A stretch of 64,000 bases of DNA from Auanema rhodensis (Eukaryota > Animalia > Nematoda), in the NCBI GenBank assembly GCA_964057225.1, contig OZ059899.1, forward strand, positions 9,424,001-9,488,000, written 5' to 3'. The notes beneath the pieces were generated by a model, which saw only the letters and a list, made by a program, of their open reading frames with translations, had not been told where the DNA came from and ran no database searches. A program made the position numbers and the translations under genes. Every line of letters begins with the position of its first letter. The first letter of the stretch is position 1. Of the stretch, positions 37,549 to 51,410 are shown in pieces.

Positions 37549-38495
37549 TAAATTTTTTTTATTTCACTTGTCATTCATAAAAATCGAATTTATTTTTTTC
37601 AATGATTTTTTTTTGCAATGTGTCATAAGAATTTCACAGTTGAACAAAACGTTTTTTAAGAAGTTTTTTTGTTGTCAACATATATATTTTGCTGGAATTC
37701 AAAAGCATTTGGGATGGAAATTAGAAAGAAAAGAACTAGTTTTTCCTACTTTAAAACAAACAATAAGAAATAAAATGAAAAAGATTGTTAGATATCCAAT
37801 TTAAACTTATACATTTACTTCGATAAAGAGCCTATTAGATTGAAATTTTATGTCTTACAGTTCTCCAACAGAACAGACTGATCCTGATTTCTCTATGATT
37901 ACATAAAACTCCCGTTTGATATAAAAAAAGGAGAGGAATAACGTTTCCAGGATGTCAAGGATATCGAATCTAGTGATATTGTAGAGAAATGTAATGTCAG
38001 CTCCATAGGTTTTCTCTTAATTTCTCTCATCACAATTGTCTTAGTTTTTTTCTCATAAGAGTTTCTGAAATCTTAAGTGAACAAGGCCGTATATAATTTC
38101 CTGTAATTCGAAAGCATTTGGGATGGAATTTAGAAAGAAAAGAACTAGTTTTTCCTACTTTAAAACAAACAATAAGAAATAAAATGAAAAAGATTGTTAG
38201 ATATCCAATTTAAACTTATACATTTACTTCGATGAAGAGCCTGTTAGTTTGAAATTTTATGTCTTACAGTTCTCCAACAGAACAGACTGATCCTGATTTT
38301 TCTACGATTACATAAAACTCTTGTTTGATATGAAAAAAGGAGAGGAATAACGTTTCCAGGATGTCAAGGATATCGAATCTAGTGATATTGTAGAAAAATG
38401 TAATGTCAGCTCCACAGGTTTTCTCCTAATTTCTCTCATCACAATTGTCTTAGTTTTTTTTTCTCATAAGAGTTTCTGAAATCTTAGTTGAACAA

Positions 38496-38568
38496 GGCCG
38501 CGTGGCGCAATGGATAACGCGTCTGCCTACGGAGCAGAAGATTATAGGTTCGAATCCTGCCGTGGTCG
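38496..38568 (+). tRNA. tRNA-Arg-ACG: tRNA-Arg(ACG), variant G49A only (recombinant)
   Basis: GGCCGCG 5' end with GATTATAGG T-stem. Confidence 0.88.
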
Positions 38569-39513
38569 TAAATTTTTTTCATTTCACTTGTCATTTACAA
38601 AAATCGAATTTATCTTCTTCAACGATTATTTTTGCAATGTGTCATAAGAATTTCACAGTTGAACAAAACGTTTTTTAAGAAGTTTTTTTGTTGTCAACAT
38701 ATATATTTTGCTGGAATTCAAAAGCATTTGGGATGGAAATTAGAAAGAAAAGAACTAGTTTTTCCTACTTTAAAACAAACAATAAGAAATAAAATGAAAA
38801 AGATTGTTAGATATCCAATTTAAACTTATACATTTACTTCGATAAAGAGCCTATTAGATTGAAATTTTATGTCTTACAGTTCTCCAACAGAACAGACTGA
38901 TCCTGATTTTTCTACGATTACATAAAACTCTCGTTTGATATAAAAAAAGGAGAGGAACAACGTTTCCAGGATGTCAAGGATATCGAATCTAGTGATATTG
39001 TAGAAAAATGTAATGTCAGCTCCATAGGTTTTCTCCTAATTTCTCTCATCACAATTGTCTTAGTTTTTTTCTCATAAGAGTTTCTGAAATCTTAGGTGAA
39101 CAAGGCCGTATAAAATTTCCTGTAATTCGAAAGCATTTGGGATGGAATTTAGAAAGAAAAGAACTAGTTTTTCCTACTTTAAAACAAACAATAAAAAATA
39201 AAATGAAAAAGATTGTTAGATATCCAATTTAAACTTATACATTTACTTCGATAAGAAGCCTATTCGTTTGAAATTTTATGTCTTACAGTTCTCCAACAGA
39301 ACAGACTGATCCTGATTTTTCTACGATTACATAAAACTCTCGTTTGATATAAAAAAAGGAGAGGAATAACGTTTCCAGGATGTCAAGGATATCGAATCTA
39401 GTGATATTGTAGAAAAATGTAATGTCAGCTCCATAGGTTTTCTCCTAATTTCTCTCATCACAATTGTCTTAGTTTTTTTTCTCATAAGAGTTTCTGAAAT
39501 CTTAGTTGAACAA

Positions 39514-39586
39514 GGCCGCGTGGCGCAATGGATAACGCGTCTGCCTACGGAGCAGAAGATTGTAGGTTCGAATCCTGCCGTGGTCG
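39514..39586 (+). tRNA. tRNA-Arg-ACG: tRNA-Arg(ACG)
   Basis: Consensus copy. Confidence 0.96.
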
Positions 39587-40124
39587 TAAATTTTTTTCAT
39601 TTCACTTGTCATTCATAAAAATCGAATTTATTTTTTTCAATGATTTTTTTTTGCAATGTGTCATAAGAATTACACAGTTGAACAAAACGTTTTTTAAGAA
39701 TTTTCTTTGTTGTCAACATATATATTTTCCTGGAATTCGAAAGCATTTGGGATGGAAATTAGAAAGAAAAGAACTAGTTTTTCCTACTTTAAAACAAACA
39801 ATAAGAAATAAAATGAAAAAGATTGTTAGATATCCAATTTAAACTTATACATTTACTTCGATAAAGAGCCTATTAGTTTGAAATTTTATGTCTTACAGTT
39901 CTCCAACAGAACAGACTGATCCTGATTTTTCTACGATTACATAAAACTCTCGTTTGATATAAAAAAAGGAGAGGAATAACGTTTCCAGGATGTCAAGGAT
40001 ATCGAATCTAGTGATATTGTAGAAAAATGTAATGTCAGCTCCACAGGTTTTCTCCTAATTTCTCTCATCACAATTGTCTTAGTTTTTTTTTCTCATAAGA
40101 GTTTCTGAAATCTTAGTTGAACAA

Positions 40125-40197
40125 GGCCGCGTGGCGCAATGGATAACGCGTCTGCCTACGGAGCAGAAGATTGTAGGTTCGAATCCTGCCGTGGTCG
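40125..40197 (+). tRNA. tRNA-Arg-ACG: tRNA-Arg(ACG)
   Basis: Consensus copy. Confidence 0.96.
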
Positions 40198-40733
40198 TAA
40201 ATTTTTTTCATTTCACTTGTCATTCATAAAAATCGAATTTATTTTTTTCAATGATTTTTTTTTGCAATGTGTCATAAGAATTTCACAGTTGAACAAAACG
40301 TTTTTTAAGAAGTTTTTTTGTTGTCAACATATATATTTTGCTGGAATTCAAAAGCATTTGGGATGGAAATTAGAAAGAAAAGAACTAGTTTTTCCTACTT
40401 TAAAACAAACAATAAGAAATAAAATGAAAAAGATTGTTAGATATACAATTTAAACTTATACATTTACTTCGATAAAGAGCCTATTAGTTTGAAAATTTAT
40501 GTCTTACAGTTCTCCAACAGAACAGACTGATCCTGATTTCTCTATGATTACATAAAACTCTCGTTTGATATAAAAAAAGGAGAGGAATAACGTTTCCAGG
40601 ATGTCAAGGATATCGAATCTAGTGATATTGTAGAGAAATGTAATGTCAGCTTCATAGCTTTTCTCTTGATTTCTCTCATCACAATTGTCTTAGTTTTTTT
40701 CTCATAAGAGTTTCTGAAATCTCAGTTAAACAA

Positions 40734-40806
40734 GGCCGCGTGGCGCAATGGATAACGCGTCTGCCTACGGAGCAGAAGATTGTAGGTTCGAATCCTGCCG
40801 TGGTCG
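40734..40806 (+). tRNA. tRNA-Arg-ACG: tRNA-Arg(ACG)
   Basis: Consensus copy. Confidence 0.96.
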
Positions 40807-41342
40807 TAAATTTTTTTTATTTCACTTGTCATTCATAAAAATCGAATTTATTTTTTTCAACGACTATTTTTGCAATGTGTAATAAAAATTTCACAGTTTA
40901 ACAAAACGTTTTTTAAGAAGTTTTTTTGTTGTCAACATATATATTTTGCTGGAATTCGAAAGCATTTGGGATGGAAATTAGAAAGAAAAGAACTAGTTTT
41001 TCCTACTTTAAAACAAACAATAAGAAATAAAATGAAAAAGATTGTTAGATATCCAATTTAAACTTATACATTTACTTCGATAAAGAGCCTATTAGATTGA
41101 AATTTTATGTCCTACAGTTCTCCAACAGAACAGACTGATCCTGATTTCTCTATGATTACATAAAACTCCCGTTTGATATAAAAAAAGGAGAGGAATAACG
41201 TTTCCAGGATGTCAAGGATATCGAATCTAGTGATATTGTAGAGAAATGTAATGTCAGCTCCATAGGTTTTCTCTTAATTTCTCTCATCACAATTGTCTTA
41301 GTTTTTTTTCTCATAAGAGTTTCTGAAATCTTTGTTGAACAA

Positions 41343-41415
41343 GGTCGCGTGGCGCAATGGATAACGCGTCTGCCTACGGAGCAGAAGATTATAGGTTCGA
41401 ATCCTGCCGTGGTCG
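41343..41415 (+). tRNA. tRNA-Arg-ACG: tRNA-Arg(ACG), variant C3T+G49A
   Basis: As 3874. Confidence 0.85.
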
Positions 41416-42360
41416 TAAATTTTTTTCATTTCACTTGTCATTTACAAAAATCGAATTTATCTTCTTCAACGATTATTTTTGCAATGTGTCATAAGAATTT
41501 CACAGTTGAACAAAACGTTTTTTAAGAAGTTTTTTTGTTGTCAACATATATATTTTGCTGGAATTCAAAAGCATTTGGGATGGAAATTAGAAAGAAAAGA
41601 ACTAGTTTTTCCTACTTTAAAACAAACAATAAGAAATAAAATGAAAAAGATTGTTAGATATCCAATTTAAACTTATACATTTACTTCGATAAAGAGCCTA
41701 TTAGATTGAAATTTTATGTCTTACAGTTCTCCAACAGAACAGACTGATCCTGATTTTTCTACGATTACATAAAACTCTCGTTTGATATAAAAAAAGGAGA
41801 GGAACAAGGTTTCCAGGATGTCAAGGATATCGAATCTAGTGATGTTGTAGAAAAATGTAATGTCAGCTCCATAGGTTTTCTCCTAATTTCTCTCATCACA
41901 ATTGTCTTAGTTTTTTTCTCATAAGAGTTTCTGAAATCTTAGGTGAACAAGGCCGTATAAAATTTCCTGTAATTCGAAAGCATTTGGGATGGAATTTAGA
42001 AAGAAAAGAACTAGTTTTTCCTACTTTAAAACAAACAATAAAAAATAAAATGAAAAAGATTGTTAGATATCCAATTTAAACTTATACATTTACTTCGATA
42101 AGAAGCCTATTAGTTTGAAATTTTATGTCTTACAGTTCTCCAACAGAACAGACTGATCCTGATTTTTCTACGATTACATAAAACTCTCGTTTGATATAAA
42201 AAAAGGAGAGGAATAACGTTTCCAGGATGTCAAGGATATCGAATCTAGTGATATTGTAGAAAAATGTAATGTCAGCTCCATAGGTTTTCTCCTAATTTCT
42301 CTCATCACAATTGTCTTAGTTTTTTTTCTCATAAGAGTTTCTGAAATCTTAGTTGAACAG

Positions 42361-42433
42361 GGCTGCGTGGCGCAATGGATAACGCGTCTGCCTACGGAGC
42401 AGAAGATTGTAGGTTCGAATCCTGCCGTGGTCG
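42361..42433 (+). tRNA. tRNA-Arg-ACG: tRNA-Arg(ACG), variant C4T
   Basis: As 19370. Confidence 0.9.
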
Positions 42434-42969
42434 TAAATTTTTTTCATTTCACTTGTCATTCATAAAAATCGAATTTATTTTTTTCAATGATTTTTTTTTG
42501 CAATGTGTCATAAGAATTTCACAGTTGAACAAAACGTTTTTTAAGAAGTTTTTTTGTTGTCAACATATATATTTTGCTGGAATTCAAAAGCATTTGGGAT
42601 GGAAATTAGAAAGAAAAGAACTAGTTTTTCCTACTTTAAAACAAACAATAAGAAATAAAATGAAAAAGATTGTTAGATATCCAATTTAAACTTATACATT
42701 TACTTCGATAAAGAGCCTATTAGTTTGAAATTTTATGTCTTACAGTTCTCCAACAGAACAGACTGATCCTGATTTCTCTATGATTACATAAAACTCTCGT
42801 TTGATATAAAAAAAGGAGAGGAATAACGTTTCCAGGATGTCAAGGATATCGAATCTAGTGATATTGTAGAGAAATGTAATGTCAGCTTCATAGCTTTTCT
42901 CTTGATTTCTCTCATCACAATTGTCTTAGTTTTTTTCTCATAAGAGTTTCTGAAATCTCAGTTAAACAA

Positions 42970-43042
42970 GGCCGCGTGGCGCAATGGATAACGCGTCTGC
43001 CTACGGAGCAGAAGATTGTAGGTTCGAATCCTGCCGTGGTCG
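42970..43042 (+). tRNA. tRNA-Arg-ACG: tRNA-Arg(ACG)
   Basis: Consensus copy. Confidence 0.96.
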
Positions 43043-43989
43043 TAAATTTTTTTTATTTCACTTGTCATTCATAAAAATCGAATTTATTTTTTTCAATGAT
43101 TTTTTTTTGCAATGTGTCATAAGAATTTCACAGTTGAACAAAACGTTTTTTAAGAAGTTTTTTTGTTGTCAACATATATATTTTGCTGGAATTCAAAAGC
43201 ATTTGGGATGGAAATTAGAAAGAAAAGAACTAGTTTTTCCTACTTTAAAACAAACAATAAGAAATAAAATGAAAAAGATTGTTAGATATCCAATTTAAAC
43301 TTATACATTTACTTCGATAAAGAGCCTATTAGATTGAAATTTTATGTCTTACAGTTCTCCAACAGAACAGACTGATCCTGATTTCTCTATGATTACATAA
43401 AACTCCCGTTTGATATAAAAAAAGGAGAGGAATAACGTTTCCAGGATGTCAAGGATATCGAATCTAGTGATATTGTAGAGAAATGTAATGTCAGCTCCAT
43501 AGGTTTTCTCTTAATTTCTCTCATCACAATTGTCTTAGTTTTTTTCTCATAAGAGTTTCTGAAATCTTAGGTGAACAAGGCCGTATATAATTTCCTGTAA
43601 TTCGAAAGCATTTGGGATGGAATTTAGAAAGAAAAGAACTAGTTTTTCCTACTTTAAAACAAACAATAAGAAATAAAATGAAAAAGATTGTTAGATATCC
43701 AATTTAAACTTATACATTTACTTCGATGAAGAGCCTGTTAGTTTGAAATTTTATGTCTTACAGTTCTCCAACAGAACAGACTGATCCTGATTTTTCTACG
43801 ATTACATAAAACTCTTGTTTGATATGAAAAAAGGAGAGGAATAACGTTTCCAGGATGTCAAGGATATCGAATCTAGTGATATTGTAGAAAAATGTAATGT
43901 CAGCTCCACAGGTTTTCTCCTAATTTCTCTCATCACAATTGTCTTAGTTTTTTTTTCTCATAAGAGTTTCTGAAATCTTAGTTGAACAA

Positions 43990-44062
43990 GGCCGCGTGGC
44001 GCAATGGATAACGCGTCTGCCTACGGAGCAGAAGATTGTAGGTTCGAATCCTGCCGTGGTCG
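43990..44062 (+). tRNA. tRNA-Arg-ACG: tRNA-Arg(ACG)
   Basis: Consensus copy. Confidence 0.96.
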
Positions 44063-45010
44063 TAAATTTTTTTCATTTCACTTGTCATTCATAAAAATCG
44101 AATTTATTTTTTTCAATGATTTTTTTTTGCAATGTGTCATAAGAATTACACAGTTGAACAAAACGTTTTTTAAGAAGTTTTTTTGTTGTCAACATATATA
44201 TTTTGCTGGAATTCAAAAGCATTTGGGATGGAAATTAGAAAGAAAAGAACTAGTTTTTCCTACTTTAAAACAAACAATAAGAAATAAAATGAAAAAGATT
44301 GTTAGATATCCAATTTAAACTTATACATTTACTTCGATAAAGAGCCTATTAGATTGAAATTTTATGTCTTACAGTTCTCCAACAGAACAGACTGATCCTG
44401 ATTTTTCTACGATTACATAAAACTCTCGTTTGATATAAAAAAAGGAGAGGAACAACGTTTCCAGGATGTCAAGGATATCGAATCTAGTGATATTGTAGAA
44501 AAATGTAATGTCAGCTCCATAGGTTTTCTCCTAATTTCTCTCATCACAATTGTCTTAGTTTTTTTTTCTTATAAGAGTTTCAGAAATCTTAGTTGAACAA
44601 GGCCGTATAAAATTTCCTGTAATTCGAAAGCATTTGGGATGGAATTTAGAAAGAAAAGAACTAGTTTTTCCTACTTTAAAACAAACAATAAGAAATAAAA
44701 TGAAAAAGATTGTTAGATATCCAATTTAAACTTATACATTTACTTCGATAAAAAGCCTATTAGTTTGAAATTTTATGTCTTACAGTTCTCCAACAGAACA
44801 GACTGATCCTGATTTTTCTACGATTACATAAAACTCTCGTTTGATATAAAAAAAGGAGAGGAATAACGTTTCCAGGATGTCAAGGATATCGAATCTAGTG
44901 ATATTGTAGAAAAATGTAATGTCAGCTCCATAGGTTTTCTCCTAATTTCTCTCATCACAATTGTCTTAGTTTTTTTTCTCATAAGAGTTTCTGAAATTTT
45001 AGTTGAACAA

Positions 45011-45083
45011 GGCCGCGTGGCGCAATGGATAACGCGTCTGCCTACGGAGCAGAAGATTGTAGGTTCGAATCCTGCCGTGGTCG
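45011..45083 (+). tRNA. tRNA-Arg-ACG: tRNA-Arg(ACG)
   Basis: Consensus copy. Confidence 0.96.
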
Positions 45084-46030
45084 TAAATTTTTTTCATTTC
45101 ACTTGTCATTCATAAAAATCGAATTTATTTTTTTCAATGATTTTTTTTTGCAATGTGTCATAAGAATTACACAGTTGAACAAAACGTTTTTTAAGAATTT
45201 TCTTTGTTGTCAACATATATATTTTCCTGAAATTCGAAAGCATTTGGGATGGAAATTAGAAAGAAAAGAACTAGTTTTTCCTAATTTAAAACAAACAATA
45301 AGAAATAAAATGAAAAAGATTGTTAGATATCCAATTTAAACTTATACATTTACTTCGATAAAGAGCCTATTAGATTAAAATTTTTAGTCTTACAGTTCTC
45401 CAACAGAACAGACTGATCCTGATTTTTCTACGATTACATAAAACTCTCGTTTGATATAAAAAAAGGAGAGGAACAACGTTTCCAGGATGTCAAGGATATC
45501 GAATCTAGTGATATTGTAGAAAAATGTAATGTCAGCTCCATAGGTTTTCTCCTAATTTCTCTCATCACAATTGTCTTAGTTTTTTTCTCATAAGAGTTTC
45601 TGAAATCTTAGGTGAACAAGGCCGTATAAAATTTCCTGTAATTCGAAAGCATTTGGGATGGAATTTAGAAAGAAAAGAACTAGTTTTTCCTACTTTAAAA
45701 CAAACAATAAGAAATAAAATGAAAAAGATTGTTAGATATCCAATTTAAACTTATACATTTACTTCGATGAAGAGCCTGTTAGTTTGAAATTTTATGTCTT
45801 ACAGTTCTCCAACAGAACAGACTGATCCTGATTTTTCTACGATTACATAAAACTCTTGTTTGATATAAAAAAAGGAGAGGAATAACGTTTCCAGGATGTC
45901 AAGGATATCGAATCTAGTGATATTGTAGAAAAATGTAATGTCAGCTCCACAGGTTTTCTCCTAATTTCTCTCATCACAATTGTCTTAGTTTTTTTTTCTC
46001 ATAAGAGTTTCTGAAATCTTAGTTGAACAA

Positions 46031-46103
46031 GGCCGCGTGGCGCAATGCATAACGCGTCTGCCTACGGAGCAGAAGATTGTAGGTTCGAATCCTGCCGTGG
46101 TCG
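46031..46103 (+). tRNA. tRNA-Arg-ACG: tRNA-Arg(ACG), variant G19C (possibly non-functional)
   Basis: D-loop AATGCATAA; the invariant GG is broken. Confidence 0.78.
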
Positions 46104-47869
46104 TAAATTTTTTTCATTTCACTTGTCATTCATAAAAATCGAATTTATTTTTTTCAATGATTTTTTTTTGCAATGTGTCATAAGAATTACACAGTTGAAC
46201 AAAACGTTTTTTAAGAATTTTCTTTGTTGTCAACATATATATTTTCCTGGAATTCGAAAGCATTTGGGATGGAAATTAGAAAGAAAAGAACTAGTTTTTC
46301 CTAATTTAAAACAAACAATAAGAAATAAAATTAAAAAGATTGTTAGATATCCAATTTAAACTTATACATTTACTTCGATAAAGAGCCTATTAGTTTGAAA
46401 TTTTATGTCTTACAGTTCTCCAACAGAACAATCTGATCCTGATTTCTCTATGATTACATAAAACTCCCGTTTGATATAAAAAAAGGAGAGGAATAACGTT
46501 TCCAGGAAGTCAAGGATATCGAATCTAGTGATATTGTAGAGAAATGTAATGTCAGCTTCATAGCTTTTCTCTTGATTTCTCTCATCACAATTGTCTTAGT
46601 TTTTTTCTCATAAGAGTTTCTGAAATCTTAGGTGAACAAGGCCGTATATAATTTCCTGTAATTCGAAAGCATTTGGGATGGAATTTAGAAAGAAAAGAAC
46701 TAGTTTTTCCTACTTTAAAACAAACAATAAGAAATAAACTGAAAAAGATTGTTAGATATCCAATTTAAACTTATACATTTACTTCGATAAAGAGCCTATT
46801 AGATTGAAATTTTATGTCTTACAGTTCTCCAACAAAACAGACTGATCCTGATTTTTCTACGATTACATAAAACTCTCGTTTGATATAAAAAAAGGAGAGG
46901 AACAACGTTTCCAGGATGTCAAGGATATCGAATCTAGTGATATTGTAGAAAAATGTAATGTCAGCTCCATAGGTTTTCCCCTAATTTCTCTCATCACAAT
47001 TGTCTTAGTTTTTTTCTCATAAGAGTTTCTGAAATCTTAGGTGAACAAGGCCGTATAAAATTTCCTGTAATTCGAAAGCATTTGGGATGGAATTTAGAAA
47101 GAAAAGAACTAGTTTTTCCTACTTTAAAACAAACAATAAGAAATAAAATGAAAAAGATTGTTAGATATCCAATTTAAACTTATACATTTACTTCGATAAA
47201 GAGCCTATTAGATTGAAATTTTATGTCTTATAGTTCTCCAACAGAACAGACTGATCCTGATTTTTCTACGATTACATAAAACTCTCGTTTGATATAAAAA
47301 AAGGAGAGGAACAACGTTTCCAGGATGTCAAGGATATCGAATCTAGTGATATTGTAGAAAAATGTAATGTCAGCTCCATAGGTTTTCTCCTAATTTCTCT
47401 CATCACAATTGTCTTAGTTTTTTTTTCTTATAAGAGTTTCAGAAATCTTAGTTGAACAAGGCCGTATAAAATTTCCTGTAATTCGAAAGCATTTGGGATG
47501 GAATTTAGAAAGAAAAGAACTAGTTTTTCCTACTTTAAAACAAACAATAAGAAATAAAATGAAAAAGATTGTTAGATATCCAATTTAAACTTATACATTT
47601 ACTTCGATAAAAAGCCTATTAGTTTGAAATTTTATGTCTTACAGTTCTCCAACAGAACAGACTGATCCTGATTTTTCTACGATTACATAAAACTCTCGTT
47701 TGATATAAAAAAAAGAGAGGAATAACGTTTCCAGGATGTCAAGGATATCGAATCTAGTGATATTGTAGAAAAATGTAATGTCAGCTCCATAGGTTTTCTC
47801 CTAATTTCTCTCATCACAATTGTCTTAGTTTTTTTTCTCATAAGAGTTTCTGAAATTTTAGTTGAACAA

Positions 47870-47942
47870 GGCCGCGTGGCGCAATGCATAACGCGTCTGC
47901 CTACGGAGCAGAAGATTGTAGGTTCGAATCCTGCCGTGGTCG
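47870..47942 (+). tRNA. tRNA-Arg-ACG: tRNA-Arg(ACG), variant G19C
   Basis: As 46031. Confidence 0.78.
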
Positions 47943-49708
47943 TAAATTTTTTTCATTTCACTTGTCATTCATAAAAATCGAATTTATTTTTTTCAATGAT
48001 TTTTTTTTGCAATGTGTCATAAGAATTACACAGTTGAACAAAACGTTTTTTAAGAATTTTCTTTGTTGTCAACATATATATTTTCCTGGAATTCGAAAGC
48101 ATTTGGGATGGAAATTAGAAAGAAAAGAACTAGTTTTTCCTAATTTAAAACAAACAATAAGAAATAAAATTAAAAAGATTGTTAGATATCCAATTTAAAC
48201 TTATACATTTACTTCGATAAAGAGCCTATTAGTTTGAAATTTTATGTCTTACAGTTCTCCAACAGAACAATCTGATCCTGATTTCTCTATGATTACATAA
48301 AACTCCCGTTTGATATAAAAAAAGGAGAGGAATAACGTTTCCAGGATGTCAAGGATATCGAATCTAGTGATATTGTAGAGAAATGTAATGTCAGCTTCAT
48401 AGCTTTTCTCTTGATTTCTCTCATCACAATTGTCTTAGTTTTTTTCTCATAAGAGTTTCTGAAATCTTAGGTGAACAAGGCCGTATATAATTTCCTGTAA
48501 TTCGAAAGCATTTGGGATGGAATTTAGAAAGAAAAGAACTAGTTTTTCCTACTTTAAAACAAACAATAAGAAATAAAATGAAAAAGATTGTTAGATATCC
48601 AATTTAAACTTATACATTTACTTCGATAAAGAGCCTATTAGATTGAAATTTTATGTCTTACAGTTCTCCAACAAAACAGACTGATCCTGATTTTTCTACG
48701 ATTACATAAAACTCTCGTTTGATATAAAAAAAGGAGAGGAACAACGTTTCCAGGATGTCAAGGATATCGAATCTAGTGATATTGTAGAAAAATGTAATGT
48801 CAGCTCCATAGGTTTTCCCCTAATTTCTCTCATCACAATTGTCTTAGTTTTTTTCTCATAAGAGTTTCTGAAATCTTAGGTGAACAAGGCCGTATAAAAT
48901 TTCCTGTAATTCGAAAGCATTTGGGATGGAATTTAGAAAGAAAAGAACTAGTTTTTCCTACTTTAAAACAAACAATAAGAAATAAAATGAAAAAGATTGT
49001 TAGATATCCAATTTAAACTTATACATTTACTTCGATAAAGAGCCTATTAGATTGAAATTTTATGTCTTACAGTTCTCCAACAGAACAGACTGATCCTGAT
49101 TTTTCTACGATTACATAAAACTCTCGTTTGATATAAAAAAAGGAGAGGAACAACGTTTCCAGGATGTCAAGGATATCGAATCTAGTGATATTGTAGAAAA
49201 ATGTAATGTCAGCTCCATAGGTTTTCTCCTAATTTCTCTCATCACAATTGTCTTAGTTTTTTTTTCTTATAAGAGTTTCAGAAATCTTAGTTGAACAAGG
49301 CCGTATAAAATTTCCTGTAATTCGAAAGCATTTGGGATGGAATTTAGAAAGAAAAGAACTAGTTTTTCCTACTTTAAAACAAACAATAAGAAATAAAATG
49401 AAAAAGATTGTTAGATATCCAATTTAAACTTATACATTTACTTCGATAAAAAGCCTATTAGTTTGAAATTTTATGTCTTACAGTTCTCCAACAGAACAGA
49501 CTGATCCTGATTTTTCTACGATTACATAAAACTCTCGTTTGATATAAAAAAAAGAGAGGAATAACGTTTCCAGGATGTCAAGGATATCGAATCTAGTGAT
49601 ATTGTAGAAAAATGTAATGTCAGCTCCATAGGTTTTCTCCTAATTTCTCTCATCACAATTGTCTTAGTTTTTTTTCTCATAAGAGTTTCTGAAATTTTAG
49701 TTGAACAA

Positions 49709-49781
49709 GGCCGCGTGGCGCAATGGATAACGCGTCTGCCTACGGAGCAGAAGATTGTAGGTTCGAATCCTGCCGTGGTCG
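49709..49781 (+). tRNA. tRNA-Arg-ACG: tRNA-Arg(ACG)
   Basis: Consensus copy. Confidence 0.96.
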
Positions 49782-50728
49782 TAAATTTTTTTCATTTCAC
49801 TTGTCATTCATAAAAATCGAATTTATTTTTTTCAATGATTTTTTTTTGCAATGTGTCATAAGAATTACACAGTTGAACAAAACGTTTTTTAAGAATTTTC
49901 TTTGTTGTCAACATATATATTTTCCTGAAATTCGAAAGCATTTGGGATGGAAATTAGAAAGAAAAGAACTAGTTTTTCCTAATTTAAAACAAACAATAAG
50001 AAATAAAATGAAAAAGATTGTTAGATATCCAATTTAAACTTATACATTTACTTCGATAAAGAGCCTATTAGATTAAAATTTTATGTCTTACAGTTCTCCA
50101 ACAGAACAGACTGATCCTGATAATTCTACGATTACATAAAACTCTCGTTTGATATAAAAAAAGGAGAGGAACAACGTTTCCAGGATGTCAAGGATATCGA
50201 ATCTAGTGATATTGTAGAAAAATGTAATGTCAGCTCCATAGGTTTTCTCCTAATTTCTCTCATCACAATTGTCTTAGTTTTTTTCTCATAAAAGTTTCTG
50301 AAATCTTAGGTGAACAAGGCCGTATAAAATTTCCTGTAATTCGAAAGCATTTGGGATGGAATTTAGAAAGAAAAGAACTAGTTTTTCCTACTTTAAAACA
50401 AACAATAAGAAATAAAATGAAAAAGATTGTTAGATATCCAATTTAAACTTACACATTTACTTCGATAAAAAGCCTATTAGTTTGAAATTTTATGTCTTAC
50501 AGTTCTCCAACAGAACAGACTGATCCTGATTTTTCTACGATTACATCAAACTCTCGTTTGATATAAAAAAAGGAGAGGAATAACGTTTCCAGGATGTCAA
50601 GGATATCGAATCTAGTGATATTGTAGAAAAATGTAATGTCAGCTCCATAGGTTTTCTCCTAATTTCTCTCATCACAATTGTCTTAGTTTTTTTTTCTCAT
50701 AAGAGTTTCTGAAATCTTAGTTGAACAA

Positions 50729-50801
50729 GGCCGCGTGGCGCAATGCATAACGCGTCTGCCTACGGAGCAGAAGATTGTAGGTTCGAATCCTGCCGTGGTC
50801 G
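50729..50801 (+). tRNA. tRNA-Arg-ACG: tRNA-Arg(ACG), variant G19C
   Basis: As 46031. Confidence 0.78.
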
Positions 50802-51337
50802 TAAATTTTTTTCATTTCACTTGTCATTCATAAAAATCGAATTTATTTTTTTCAATGATTTTTTTTTGCAATGTGTCATAAGAATTACACAGTTGAACAA
50901 AACGTTTTTTAAGAATTTTCTTTGTTGTCAACATATATATTTTCCTGGAATTCGAAAGCATTTGGGATGGAAATTAGAAAGAAAAGAACTAGTTTTTCCT
51001 AATTTAAAACAAACAATAAGAAATAAAATGAAAAAGATTGTTAGATATCCAATTTAAACTTATACATTTACTTCGATAAAGAGCCTATTAGTTTGAAATT
51101 TTATGTCTTACAGTTCTCCAACAGAACAATCTGATCCTGATTTCTCTATGATTACATAAAACTCCCGTTTGATATAAAAAAAGGAGAGGAATAACGTTTC
51201 CAGGATGTCAAGGATATCGAATCTAGTGATATTGTAGAGAAATGTAATGTCAGCTTCATAGCTTTTCTCTTGATTTCTCTCATCACAATTGTCTTAGTTT
51301 TTTTCTCATAAGAGTTTCTGAAATCTCAGTTTAACAA

Positions 51338-51410
51338 GGCCGCGTGGCGCAATGGATAACGCGTCTGCCTACGGAGCAGAAGATTGTAGGTTCGAATCCT
51401 GCCGTGGTCG
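51338..51410 (+). tRNA. tRNA-Arg-ACG: tRNA-Arg(ACG)
   Basis: Consensus copy. Confidence 0.96.

Noticed and set aside
47683-47889. Minus-strand 68-aa ORF
   Set aside because: Its ATG exists only because of the G19C tRNA mutation, and it is antisense to the spacer.
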